Source: Polynucleobacter necessarius (GTDB lineage Bacteria; Pseudomonadota; Gammaproteobacteria; Burkholderiales; Burkholderiaceae). Taken from it: 32,000 nt of DNA. Of this stretch, positions 17,796-26,781 are shown in pieces. How positions within the stretch are numbered: the stretch's first letter is position 1; the number at the start of each line of letters is the position of its first letter. The notes under the pieces were generated by a model, which was not told the DNA's origin, searched no databases, and saw nothing but the letters and a program-made list of their open reading frames with translations. The position numbers were made by a program, and so were the translations under genes. The stretch lies in assembly GCF_900095195.1 (NCBI RefSeq), contig NZ_LT606950.1, forward strand, positions 817,207 to 849,206. Reading direction: 5' to 3'.

Positions 17796-18644
17796 CTAGG
17801 ATTTTTTGATTGTGGCAATAACCGGAGCGTGATCCGAGGGTTGCTCCCAAGTTCTCGGCTCTTTATCCACCACACTCGCCTGACATTTTTCTTTCAAGGC
17901 ATTACTCAAGAGAATATGGTCGATGCGCAAGCCTGCATTTCTGCGAAAACCCATCATCCGATAGTCCCACCAACTATACGTTTTAGGCGCTTGCTCAAAC
18001 ATGCGAAAAGAATCGTGCAGACCTAAGTTGGTAAGCGCCTGAAACGCATTACGCTCGGGTGGCGATACCAAATTTTGCCCTTCCCATGCCTTCGGATCAT
18101 GCACGTCTTCGTCCGTTGGTGCGATATTGAAATCTCCTAGCAATGCCAAGCGCTGATTCTGATCCAACTCCCCTGCCAACCAGGATTGCAATGAATTGAG
18201 CCAATTTAGCTTGTACGCAAATTTATCGCTATCGGGCGATTGACCATTCGGAAAGTAAGCCGAGACCAATCGAATGGGTTGTGTACCAGCAAATGGAATG
18301 GTTGCCGCCAAAATACGCTGCTGTTCATCTTCAAAATTGGGGATATTGCGCGTGGGATTGAGGAACGTGGTTGCTGCATCAGATGCTATCGATGCCAAAG
18401 CTGCTTTGCGCACAATAATAGCCACACTGTTATACGTTTTTTGGCCAGCTGCCAGACTGACGTAACCAGCAGCCTCTAATTCTGCATGGGGGTACTTATC
18501 ATCTGTGAGCTTGAGCTCTTGCAAACACAGCCCATCAACTGCTTGCTGCTTTTTTTCTTGATCTTGTAACCAACGAAGTACGTGTGGAAGGCGAACCTTT
18601 AAAGAGTTCACATTCCACGCGGCAATTCGGATTGAATCAGTCAT
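17796..18644 (-). CDS. xthA: exodeoxyribonuclease III
   Basis: The ORF track extends to 18725, but the homologous start is MTDSIRIAAWNVNSL at ATG 18644. Catalytic residues are present (WNVNS, LQE, GDFNIAP, WWDYR, SDHAPV). The start overlaps the ntrC stop as ATGACTGA. Confidence 0.9.
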   Translation of the reverse strand: MTDSIRIAAWNVNSLKVRLPHVLRWLQDQEKKQQAVDGLCLQELKLTDDKYPHAELEAAGYVSLAAGQKTYNSVAIIVRKAALASIASDAATTFLNPTRNIPNFEDEQQRILAATIPFAGTQPIRLVSAYFPNGQSPDSDKFAYKLNWLNSLQSWLAGELDQNQRLALLGDFNIAPTDEDVHDPKAWEGQNLVSPPERNAFQALTNLGLHDSFRMFEQAPKTYSWWDYRMMGFRRNAGLRIDHILLSNALKEKCQASVVDKEPRTWEQPSDHAPVIATIKKS

Positions 18645-20085
18645 CGATCCCAAGTTCCTGCAATTTTCGGGTGATCGTATTGCGTCCAATGCCAAGGCGT
18701 TGAGCTGTTTCAACACAACGGCCACGAGTGACCTCTAAAGCGGCTTGCAATACCGCTTTCTCAAAACGAGAGCAAAGAGCATCGTAAACCTCTTTGTCTC
18801 CATCTTGCAGCATCTTGATTGCTAACCGGCTCAGACCATTCTCCCAATCTCCAGATGGCGACTTTCCTGATGTGTGCATGGAAGCAGACTCACCTTGCTG
18901 CGCTGCGGACAGTGCACTTGCTTCAGCAACGATATCCGTTGGCAGATCACCCACCCCTATGACGTTAGTTGGGGTCATCACAATCAACCAATGGCACAAG
19001 TTTCCCAACTGCCGCACATTCCCTGGGAATGGCATAGCGCTCATTTCCTTGAGTACCTCATCCGAGAGTTTCTTGGGCTCAACCCCCATCGCTTTGGCGC
19101 AGGAAAGCATAAAGTGTTTCGCTAACACGGGAATGTCTTCACTGCGCTCACGCAATGATGGCATACGCAGGCGAATCACATTTAAGCGATGCATTAAATC
19201 TTCGCGGAACAATCCTGCCGCTACACGTTGCTCAAGATTTTGATGGGTGGATGCAATTACACGCACATTAACCTTGATGGGGTCTTGTCCGCCGAGGCGA
19301 TAGAAGTGCCCATCAGTTAATACGCGCAGTAAACGCGTTTGCAAATCAAAAGGCAAATCGGCAATCTCACCGATAAAGAGTGTGCCGCCATCCGCCTGCT
19401 CTAAACGACCACGACGTAGCGTTTGCGCACCCGGAAATGCGCCACGCTCATGACCAAATAATTCCGATTCCAGCAAGTCCTTAGGTACCGCAGAGGTGCT
19501 CAGCGATACAAAAGGTCCTTTTACACGAGGGCTATGCTTATGCAACGCATGCGCTACCAACTCTTTACCAACCCCAGACTCACCCGTAATCAGAACCGTT
19601 GTGTGCGATTGTGCAAGGCGACCAATAGCGCGAAAGATTTCTTGCATCGCCGGCGCTTTTCCAATAATTTCAGTCGCCTCAGGTCGAATGCCGCCTAACT
19701 CCTTCTTATCCGTTTCGCTACGAATGCCCTGCTCTACCGCACGACGTATGAGCTCAACCGCTTTCTCAGTATCAAAGGGTTTGGTTAGATATTCAAATGC
19801 GCCGCCCTGGAAAGACGATACTGCGGAATCCAAATCCGAGAATGCTGTCATGATGATGACTGGTAAATTGGGATGACTTGCTTTCACATGTTGCAATAAA
19901 TCCAAACCATTACCGCGCGGCATCCGAATATCGGAAATCAAGACCTGGGGGGGTTCTTTTTCCAGACTATTCAGTACATCATTTGGATTCGAAAAGCTTT
20001 TATGGGGAATATTATCCCGCGCTAACGCTTGTTCTAATACCCAACGAATAGATTGGTCATCATCGACGATCCAAATTGGCTTCAT
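18637..20085 (-). CDS. ntrC: nitrogen regulation protein NR(I), sigma54-dependent response regulator (ORF intact, key motifs atypical)
   Basis: 482 aa with receiver domain (SDIRMP), AAA+ domain (GESGVGKE, FREDLMHRLNV, PGNVRQL) and Fis-type HTH. The loop reads GAFPGA instead of GAFTGA, and Walker B reads LFIGE instead of LFLDE. Confidence 0.9.
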   Translation of the reverse strand: MKPIWIVDDDQSIRWVLEQALARDNIPHKSFSNPNDVLNSLEKEPPQVLISDIRMPRGNGLDLLQHVKASHPNLPVIIMTAFSDLDSAVSSFQGGAFEYLTKPFDTEKAVELIRRAVEQGIRSETDKKELGGIRPEATEIIGKAPAMQEIFRAIGRLAQSHTTVLITGESGVGKELVAHALHKHSPRVKGPFVSLSTSAVPKDLLESELFGHERGAFPGAQTLRRGRLEQADGGTLFIGEIADLPFDLQTRLLRVLTDGHFYRLGGQDPIKVNVRVIASTHQNLEQRVAAGLFREDLMHRLNVIRLRMPSLRERSEDIPVLAKHFMLSCAKAMGVEPKKLSDEVLKEMSAMPFPGNVRQLGNLCHWLIVMTPTNVIGVGDLPTDIVAEASALSAAQQGESASMHTSGKSPSGDWENGLSRLAIKMLQDGDKEVYDALCSRFEKAVLQAALEVTRGRCVETAQRLGIGRNTITRKLQELGIDD

Positions 20086-21215
20086 GATGCTTTCTCCTGC
20101 CTACGGTATGGAATTTGAATATGAAAATCGGTACGACCAGGGCGGCTTTCGCACGCTATAAAGCCCCGGTGCCGCTGGACAAAGGTCTGCGCAAGAGTCA
20201 GGCTAAGACCACTACCCCCTTCGCGACCCGAGACGAGTGGAAAGAAGATGCGTTCAATAATTTCTTCTGGTATGCCTGGGCCGTTATCAATCACGTGTAG
20301 ATCCATTGCCAACTTGTACCGCTTCTTGGCAATAGTTACGGATCGAGCGACTCGGGTCTTCAATTCGATTTTCGCTGTGCCAGCATGAATTTCTTCCGCA
20401 AGCGCGTGGGCGGCGTTATGCACAGTATTTAATACTGCCTGAATCAATTGCTCACGATCACCCATCACCTCGGGCAAGCTCGTGTCGTAGTTACGAATGA
20501 TTCGAAGGCCTTTGGGAAACTCTGCCAGCACCAAACTGCGCACGCGCTCAAGGGCTTCATGCACATTGAATGACTCCATCACATGCGCCTTGCGGTGTGG
20601 TGCCAATAGCCTATCAACTAAGGTCTGTAGTCGATCAGACTCTTTAATAATGACCTGCGTGTACTCACGCAGACCTTTTTCAGATAATTCAAATTCGAGC
20701 AACTGCGCCGCCCCCCGAATTCCTCCCAGAGGATTTTTAATTTCGTGAGCTAAATTGCGCAATACTTGTTTGTTCGCCTCAACCTGTTGTGTAACCCGCT
20801 CATCGCGCTCGCTACGCAACTGCTGATCAATCGGAAACCATTCCACCATGATCAAGGCTGGATCTTCTAAAGCGGCAATCACAACGTGTGCCGGAATGGA
20901 ATCTTGATGAATACTTCCCGGCAATGAATGCAACACCATCTCTTGGCGCTGCGCCGAGACATTACTATGCTTCACCTCAGTGATCATGGCATTTAGTGCG
21001 GTGTTATCACCAAATAAATCGTGCACAGATTGACCCTCAAGCGCTTTACGTGACAGATCCAATGCTGACTCTGCAGCTGGGTTCACATAAACCAATTGTT
21101 GGTTCTCCGCCTCAAAAACCACGATGGCATTGGGCATCTGATCGAACAATGTCGGAAAAAAAGGAGCAGCCGAAGCTGCTCCCTTGAACAAATTGCGCAA
21201 CAAACCTGCGCTCAA
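20082..21215 (-). CDS. ntrB: nitrogen regulation sensor kinase NR(II)
   Basis: 377 aa. TTG start, preceded by aaggagag. H-box HEIKNPLGGIRGAAQLL and G1 box DNGPGIP are present. ATGA overlap with ntrC. Confidence 0.9.
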   Translation of the reverse strand: MSAGLLRNLFKGAASAAPFFPTLFDQMPNAIVVFEAENQQLVYVNPAAESALDLSRKALEGQSVHDLFGDNTALNAMITEVKHSNVSAQRQEMVLHSLPGSIHQDSIPAHVVIAALEDPALIMVEWFPIDQQLRSERDERVTQQVEANKQVLRNLAHEIKNPLGGIRGAAQLLEFELSEKGLREYTQVIIKESDRLQTLVDRLLAPHRKAHVMESFNVHEALERVRSLVLAEFPKGLRIIRNYDTSLPEVMGDREQLIQAVLNTVHNAAHALAEEIHAGTAKIELKTRVARSVTIAKKRYKLAMDLHVIDNGPGIPEEIIERIFFPLVSGREGGSGLSLTLAQTFVQRHRGFIACESRPGRTDFHIQIPYRRQEKAS

Positions 21216-21229
21216 GTTCTCTCCTTCGC

Positions 21230-22645
21230 TTACAGGGAGTAGTACATATCAAATTCAACTGGATGAGTTGTCATACGGAAACGTGTGACATCCTCACTCT
21301 TCAACGCGATGTAAGCGTCGAGCATTGAATTTGTAAATACACCGCCACGAGTCAAGAACTCACGATCTTTATCCAAAGCTTCCAATGCTTGATCCAAGCT
21401 ATGGCAAACGGTTGGGATCTTTGCATCTTCTTCTGGTGGCAAGTCATACAAGTTCTTGTCAGCAACTTCGCCTGGGTGAATCTTGTTCTGAACACCGTCC
21501 AAACCAGCCATCAACAAGGCAGAGAATGCCAAGTATGGGTTCGCCAATGGATCTGGGAAGCGAGTTTCGATACGACGACCTTTTGGGTTCGAAACGTGTG
21601 GAATACGAATCGAAGCAGAACGGTTACGTGCAGAGTAAGCCAACTTCACAGGAGCCTCAAAGCCCGGAACCAAACGCTTGTAGGAGTTTGTACCTGGGTT
21701 TGTAATTGCATTCAATGCACGTGCGTGCTTGATGATGCCGCCGATATAGTAGAGAGCGAACTCTGACAAACCTGCATAACCATTGCCTGCAAACAAGTTC
21801 TCGCCATTCTTCCAAACGGATTGGTGAACGTGCATACCAGAACCATTGTCGCCAACTACTGGCTTAGGCATAAAGGTTGCAGTCTTACCGTAAGCATGTG
21901 CTACGTTCTGAATCACGTATTTTTGCCAAATAGTCCAGTCAGCGCGCTGTACCAAAGTGCTGAACTTGGTGCCCAATTCGTTTTGGCCTTGACCGGCAAC
22001 TTCATGGTGATGTACTTCAACTGGAATGCCCAATGATTCAAGAATCAAGCACATCTCAGAACGCATATCTTGGAATGTATCGACTGGAGCGACTGGGAAG
22101 TAACCACCCTTCTTACCTGGACGGTGGCCAGTGTTGCCGCCTTCGATTTCGGCGCCAGAAGACCATGGAGCTTCTTCAGAATCAATCTTCACGAAGCAGC
22201 CTTGCATATCAGCACCCCAACAAACGCCGTCAAATACAAAGAACTCTGGCTCTGGACCAAAGTAAGCAGCATCGCCCAAACCGGAGCTCTTCAAATACGC
22301 TTCAGCACATTTTGCAATAGAGCGTGGATCGCGATCGTAACCTTTGCCATCAGATGGCTCGATCACATCACAGGTCAGAACCAATGTTGGCTCTTCATAG
22401 AATGGGTCAATATAAGCAGCTGTTGGATCTGGCATCAACAACATGTCAGAAGCTTCAATGCCTTTCCAACCAGCGATAGAAGAACCGTCAAATGCATGAC
22501 CGCTCTCAAATTTGTCTTCGTCAAAAGCAGAAATCGGTACTGTTGTGTGTTGCTCTTTACCCTTTGTATCTACAAAGCGGAAATCAACGAAAGTACATTC
22601 TTTCTCTTTAACTAACTTCATCACATCAGCGACGGTCTTCGTCAT
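21230..22645 (-). CDS. glnA: glutamine synthetase type I
   Basis: The homologous start [24 protein letters not shown] is at ATG 22645, behind RBS gaggagag; the ORF track extends to 22714. The adenylylation-site context [10 protein letters not shown] is present. Confidence 0.95.
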   Translation of the reverse strand: MTKTVADVMKLVKEKECTFVDFRFVDTKGKEQHTTVPISAFDEDKFESGHAFDGSSIAGWKGIEASDMLLMPDPTAAYIDPFYEEPTLVLTCDVIEPSDGKGYDRDPRSIAKCAEAYLKSSGLGDAAYFGPEPEFFVFDGVCWGADMQGCFVKIDSEEAPWSSGAEIEGGNTGHRPGKKGGYFPVAPVDTFQDMRSEMCLILESLGIPVEVHHHEVAGQGQNELGTKFSTLVQRADWTIWQKYVIQNVAHAYGKTATFMPKPVVGDNGSGMHVHQSVWKNGENLFAGNGYAGLSEFALYYIGGIIKHARALNAITNPGTNSYKRLVPGFEAPVKLAYSARNRSASIRIPHVSNPKGRRIETRFPDPLANPYLAFSALLMAGLDGVQNKIHPGEVADKNLYDLPPEEDAKIPTVCHSLDQALEALDKDREFLTRGGVFTNSMLDAYIALKSEDVTRFRMTTHPVEFDMYYSL

Positions 22646-22709
22646 GCAACTCTCCTCTATAAACAAAACTCGGAATTCAAACGTAAGGCATACACCCTTG
22701 TTTATTCCA

Positions 22710-22725
22710 GGCATTCAACATACCG
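22710..22725 (-). promoter_or_regulatory. weak candidate sigma54 (-24/-12) promoter for glnA
   Basis: The minus strand reads cGGtatgttgaaTGCc, giving GG-N10-GC spacing. It is only a partial match to TGGCAC-N5-TTGC. It lies about 65-80 nt upstream of the glnA ATG. Confidence 0.3.
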
Positions 22726-22774
22726 ATTGGATGTATGTAATTTACTGAAACAAACAACGGGGAACACTCATTAT

Positions 22775-22791
22775 TGCACCAATTAAGTGCT
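22775..22791. promoter_or_regulatory. NtrC-type enhancer site (proximal)
   Basis: TGCACCAATTAAGTGCT contains GCAC-N7-GTGC, the core of the NtrC consensus TGCACC-N5-GGTGCA. Confidence 0.5.
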
Positions 22792-22826
22792 GAACTGGGC
22801 TGTTTTAATCCTTAAAACTGGGGTTT

Positions 22827-22843
22827 TGCACCGTTTTAGTGCC
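22827..22843. promoter_or_regulatory. NtrC-type enhancer site (distal)
   Basis: TGCACCGTTTTAGTGCC contains GCAC-N7-GTGC. Its centre is 52 bp (about 5 helical turns) from the proximal site. Confidence 0.5.
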
Positions 22844-22851
22844 TTACAGAG

Positions 22852-23717
22852 CTAGACAATATCGTGAATTTCATAGCCCAGTTCTTGAGTGCCCGTTCTG
22901 AGGGCAATCCACGCACCTTCAAGGAGATTGGCGTTGCCTTTGATACCTAATTCAATATGGCGCTGGGCGTATACCCCGCCTTTGCTGGAGTCTCCTACTG
23001 AGGGCAGACTTAAATACCTTAACCCCCAGAAAGCTGGCCTCAATCCGCTCCATCAAGGGGGTCAAAGTGGATTCAATGCCCTTGGGAACAATGAAGCTTT
23101 GTTCAGCCCAATTTTCTCGATGAAAGAGATCTTGGTAATGCGTGTCCAGGCACCATGCCATCATCGGTGCAGCCATCACTAGGAAACCCGGCAAAAAGTG
23201 ATGTTCTCGAATCCGAAATCCTGGAATTTGGTTATAGGGGTTCAGAATGATTTCGCTACCAAGCGGAAACTCACCCATCTTGAAGCGCTGTTGATTCTCT
23301 GGAGTGCTTAAATCTGACTTGATTGGATCGCCCTCCGCCATCGACTGAATGCGCCCAGCAATCAACTCTCCCGCGGTTGGATGCAATTCGGTTTTTGTGC
23401 CTAGGGCAAGTGCCGCACATTGGCGAGTGTGATCATCCGGTGTAGCACCAATCCCACCCAGTACTAAACACCACATCGCCACTAGCAGAACTGTCTTTCA
23501 GGGTTGCGGTAATTTGCTCAGGATCATCTGCAACATATTTAGCCCAAGATAGACTCAAGCCACGCTCATTGAGCAACTCAATCAGCTTACTCAGATGTTT
23601 ATCTTGGCGACGACCTGACAAAATCTCATCACCAATCACAATCAAACCAAATCGTCTAGATGGGTAGCCATCAGACTCGGGAGCATCCACTGCGACTGTT
23701 CTCACTACATCATTCAT
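22852..23717 (-). pseudogene. CinA-like molybdopterin-binding (MoCF-biosynthesis domain) protein, two frameshifts
   Basis: Three fragments read consecutively: MNDVV..GLIVIGDEILSGRRQDKH..GDVVFSTG | GIGATPDDHTRQCAALALG...FLGVKV | SLPSVGDSSKGGVYAQRHIELGIKG..HDIV*. The shifts are at sense-strand GGG (plus 23457-23459) and around 23011-23018. Confidence 0.8.
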
Positions 23718-23721
23718 TTGA

Positions 23722-24591
23722 TTAACCATGATTTGGAAGTTCGGAGTCCGCAACACGCGCATGGACCGCGAGGGATTTCTCCAACTCTTCTTGTCTAAGA
23801 GCCTGTAAGGCATCTAGCAAAAAGTGGCTGAACCAGAGCGCTGCAAACACAAAGATTAGGGAGTAAATCCAGAGAGCAACAAAGCTCACGATCGGAAACA
23901 ATACCAATGCCAGCGCAGAGGTTGCCCAGAAAAACGTCGGTACTGCACCCAACATACCCGCAACCACGCCCATCGTCAGCAAAGGCCAACGATACTTCTC
24001 CAGTAATAAGTCACGCTCTTCTACGCTGGCATGTTTGGCCAATACGTCATAGGACATCAGTCGCATCGTCAGCCAGCCCCACAATAATGGCGGAAGAACG
24101 GCGACCAATGGTGGCACCCACCACACGGGCAACGTCAGCAGCACCAAGACTAGGCAAATCAGCGCAGACCATAAGGTGTAAACCAGACTTCCAAAAAAGC
24201 CGCTGCCTCGCTTGCATTCCAATCCCTGATACGCAGGTTGACGTGCAACTACATTCACAATAGCGGGCACGGTAGAGAAAGCAACGAATACCAGAAGGCT
24301 AATTGTGATGAGCGGAATGATCAGCATTACAAAAAATAGCGGAGCAATCCATGCTCGGGCGTTATCAAAGCCTGCCCAGATCAATCCCTCCTGAGTCCAG
24401 CTAGTGAAGATCGACGTCGTGAGAAAAATACTGAGGGCCTCTAATGCAGGAGTCCATGTTAACCAAATCAAGACGCCCCATAACACCGCGACAATCAAAA
24501 AGGGTCGCAGACTCAACCACAGCATGCGGGGATGCATGGTTCCTACTAGGGCAAGCCCAAACGATTTAAATACTTGTTGCAACCCAACCAT
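23722..24591 (-). CDS. EI24/CysZ-like multi-pass membrane protein
   Basis: Open frame with several predicted TM segments. The probable start is ATG 24591, behind gggag; the ORF track starts at TTG 24603. The family assignment comes from overall sequence character only. Confidence 0.55.
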   Translation of the reverse strand: MVGLQQVFKSFGLALVGTMHPRMLWLSLRPFLIVAVLWGVLIWLTWTPALEALSIFLTTSIFTSWTQEGLIWAGFDNARAWIAPLFFVMLIIPLITISLLVFVAFSTVPAIVNVVARQPAYQGLECKRGSGFFGSLVYTLWSALICLVLVLLTLPVWWVPPLVAVLPPLLWGWLTMRLMSYDVLAKHASVEERDLLLEKYRWPLLTMGVVAGMLGAVPTFFWATSALALVLFPIVSFVALWIYSLIFVFAALWFSHFLLDALQALRQEELEKSLAVHARVADSELPNHG

Positions 24592-24635
24592 ATGCACTCC
24601 CAAGACATACCGGGGGTATGTTTATTCTGGATATT

Positions 24636-26715
24636 TTACTTTGGCAATAGCTCTCGTACAGCGTGAACTAGGCCTTGCCATTGCTGCGTAGAGATATTAA
24701 GCAACCTTCTCCACCCATTGTGGCTCAATTTTGGCAATGGTGCGAGCGTACATGCGATTGGTTTCTTGGAGCTCCCCCGCCAGAATCCAAGCACCCGCCT
24801 TTTTACCAATCGTTGAGCCCGGCCAAATAAATGGACGTATTCCTCGAGCGCCCACATAACCGCCAGTTTTACTATTACGATCTTGTGACTTTTCATCTTC
24901 GTCTTTTTTAGCAACATAGCCCAATAGACCAGTGAGTAAAGCCAAGTGAATTTGTTCATAAGTCGCAGGTGTGCCATTCTCTTTCCACCCTTTTTCACCC
25001 AGCATGGTATGCAACTGCCCATGAACATCACGCCACTCTCACAAGCGTCTAGGCGATAAAAATTTACTGCGGCATAAATTTTCGAGCTGACGATTGCTGT
25101 GCTTGTGCTGTAATGCGTCCTGATACCAATCCCAAAGTTTTACAAAACTCAAAAATTCAGAACGCTCATCAGCAAACTGCAGATGCGCTTAATCAGCAGC
25201 TGCGCCCTGATCCATCGGTCACTCACGCGGATCTTGGGTGGCTAATGCGGATGCAATGATGGTGACCTCTCGGAGAGCATTTTGCTCTTTGGCGGCCAGC
25301 AACATCCTTCCTATACGCGGGTCTAGTGGCAAATCCGCTAATTGCTTACCAATCTGCGTGAGCTTAAATGAATGATGAAGCTCTTTCGCATCGGCCACTG
25401 ATGGCGCTTCGTATTCAATAGCACCCAGCTCATCCAATAGTTGCACGCCATCGGCAATTGCCCTGCCGAGTGGTTTATCTATAAATGGAAAGTGCTGAAT
25501 CTGCGGCAAGCGTAATGCACTCATGCGCAGCAAGACGGCTGCTAAAGAGCTACGCAAAATCTCGGGATCAGTAAATCTAGGACGACTTTGAAAATCTGCT
25601 TCGCTATATAGGCGCACACAAATACCATCCGCAACACGACCGCAACGTCCAGCACGTTGATTGGCAGCAGCTTGTGAAATGGGCTCTATCTGGAGTTGCT
25701 TCACCTTATTGCGGTAGGAGTACTGCTTTACTCTAGCCAAGCCACTATCAATCACATAGCGAATGTTGGGAACAGTGAGAGATGTTTCCGCAACGTTGGT
25801 AGTCAAAATAATGCGACGCCCATTACCGGGTGAAAAGACCCGCTCTTGCTCAGCTACCGACTGGCGCGCAAACAAACTAAGCACCTCAGGATGAAGGCGT
25901 TGTTGCAGCACATGGTCTTTACGCAATGCTTCAGCGCAATCCCGAATCTCCCGCTCTCCTGGTAAAAAAACCAGGACATCTCCCGATCCTGCCGAACCTT
26001 CTCGCCAAACCTTCGCGATTTCTTCGGCAACCGCCTCTGGAATTTCCTTAGCAGCCTTGGATTCTTTCTTGCTATCGGGCTCTAGGGGTGCGTAACGCTG
26101 CTCTACTGGAAATAATCTGCCACTTACCTCTATGACGGGGGCCACCTTGCCATTCAGTGCAAAGTGCTCGGCAAAACGTTGGGCGTCAATCGTTGCAGAA
26201 GTAATGATGAGCTTAAGGTCAGGCCTCTTAGGCAGCAGTTGACGCAAGTAACCCAACAAAAAATCAATATTGAGGCTACGTTCGTGCGCTTCGTCGATGA
26301 TGAGAGTGTCATACGCTTTTAATTGGGGATCGCGCTGCGTCTCAGCCAGCAAGATGCCATCGGTCATCAACTTGATGGAAGCGCCTTGAGTCGTTTTGTC
26401 GGCAAAGCGGACTTGATACCCCACATCTTGACCAATTGGCGTGCCCAACTCTTGCGCAATGCGTTTTGCCGGAGCGGTAGCAGCAATACGGCGGGGTTGC
26501 GTGTGGCCAATCAGCTTTCCGCCATTGATCGTCCCGCGACCGAGATCAACACAGATCTTGGGTAGCTGCGTGGTTTTACCGGAACCCGTCTCACCGCACA
26601 CAATGACTACTTGGTGGCTTTGCAAGGCATCTTTGATCAGTGGCCGCTGACCAGAGACTGGCAATTCTTCTGGAAAGCGGATCTCTAAGCGCCGTCCGGT
26701 GTTGGAAGCAGACAC
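24636..26715 (-). pseudogene. hrpA: ATP-dependent RNA helicase HrpA, nonsense-disrupted and 3'-truncated
   Basis: GTG start at 26715. DEAH-box motifs are intact (GETGSGKTTQ, DEAHERS, TSATID, TNVAETSLTV, QRAGRCGR). In-frame TGA 25219-25221, TAA 25189-25191 and TGA 25039-25041 occur in a single continuous frame that continues through ...FIWPGS..ILAGELQETNRMYARTIAKIEPQWVEKVA to TAA 24697-24699. A possible frameshifted remnant runs to about 24636. Nothing corresponding to the C-terminal roughly 500 aa of full-length HrpA is present. Confidence 0.88.
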
Positions 26716-26781
26716 AGCTTGAGAAATTGGCTTGGGTTTTTTGTTGGTTTATGGGCTCTTGCACCCTATAATTTTCTCACT

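Noticed and set aside
18794-19876. Plus-strand ORFs of 149, 83 and 126 aa.
   Set aside because: They are antisense shadows of ntrC.
22070-22615. 181-aa plus-strand ORF (with 21385-21766 and 22033-22320).
   Set aside because: It lies entirely antisense within glnA, which is strongly supported. It has no recognisable motifs, and such long shadow ORFs are common opposite highly expressed genes.
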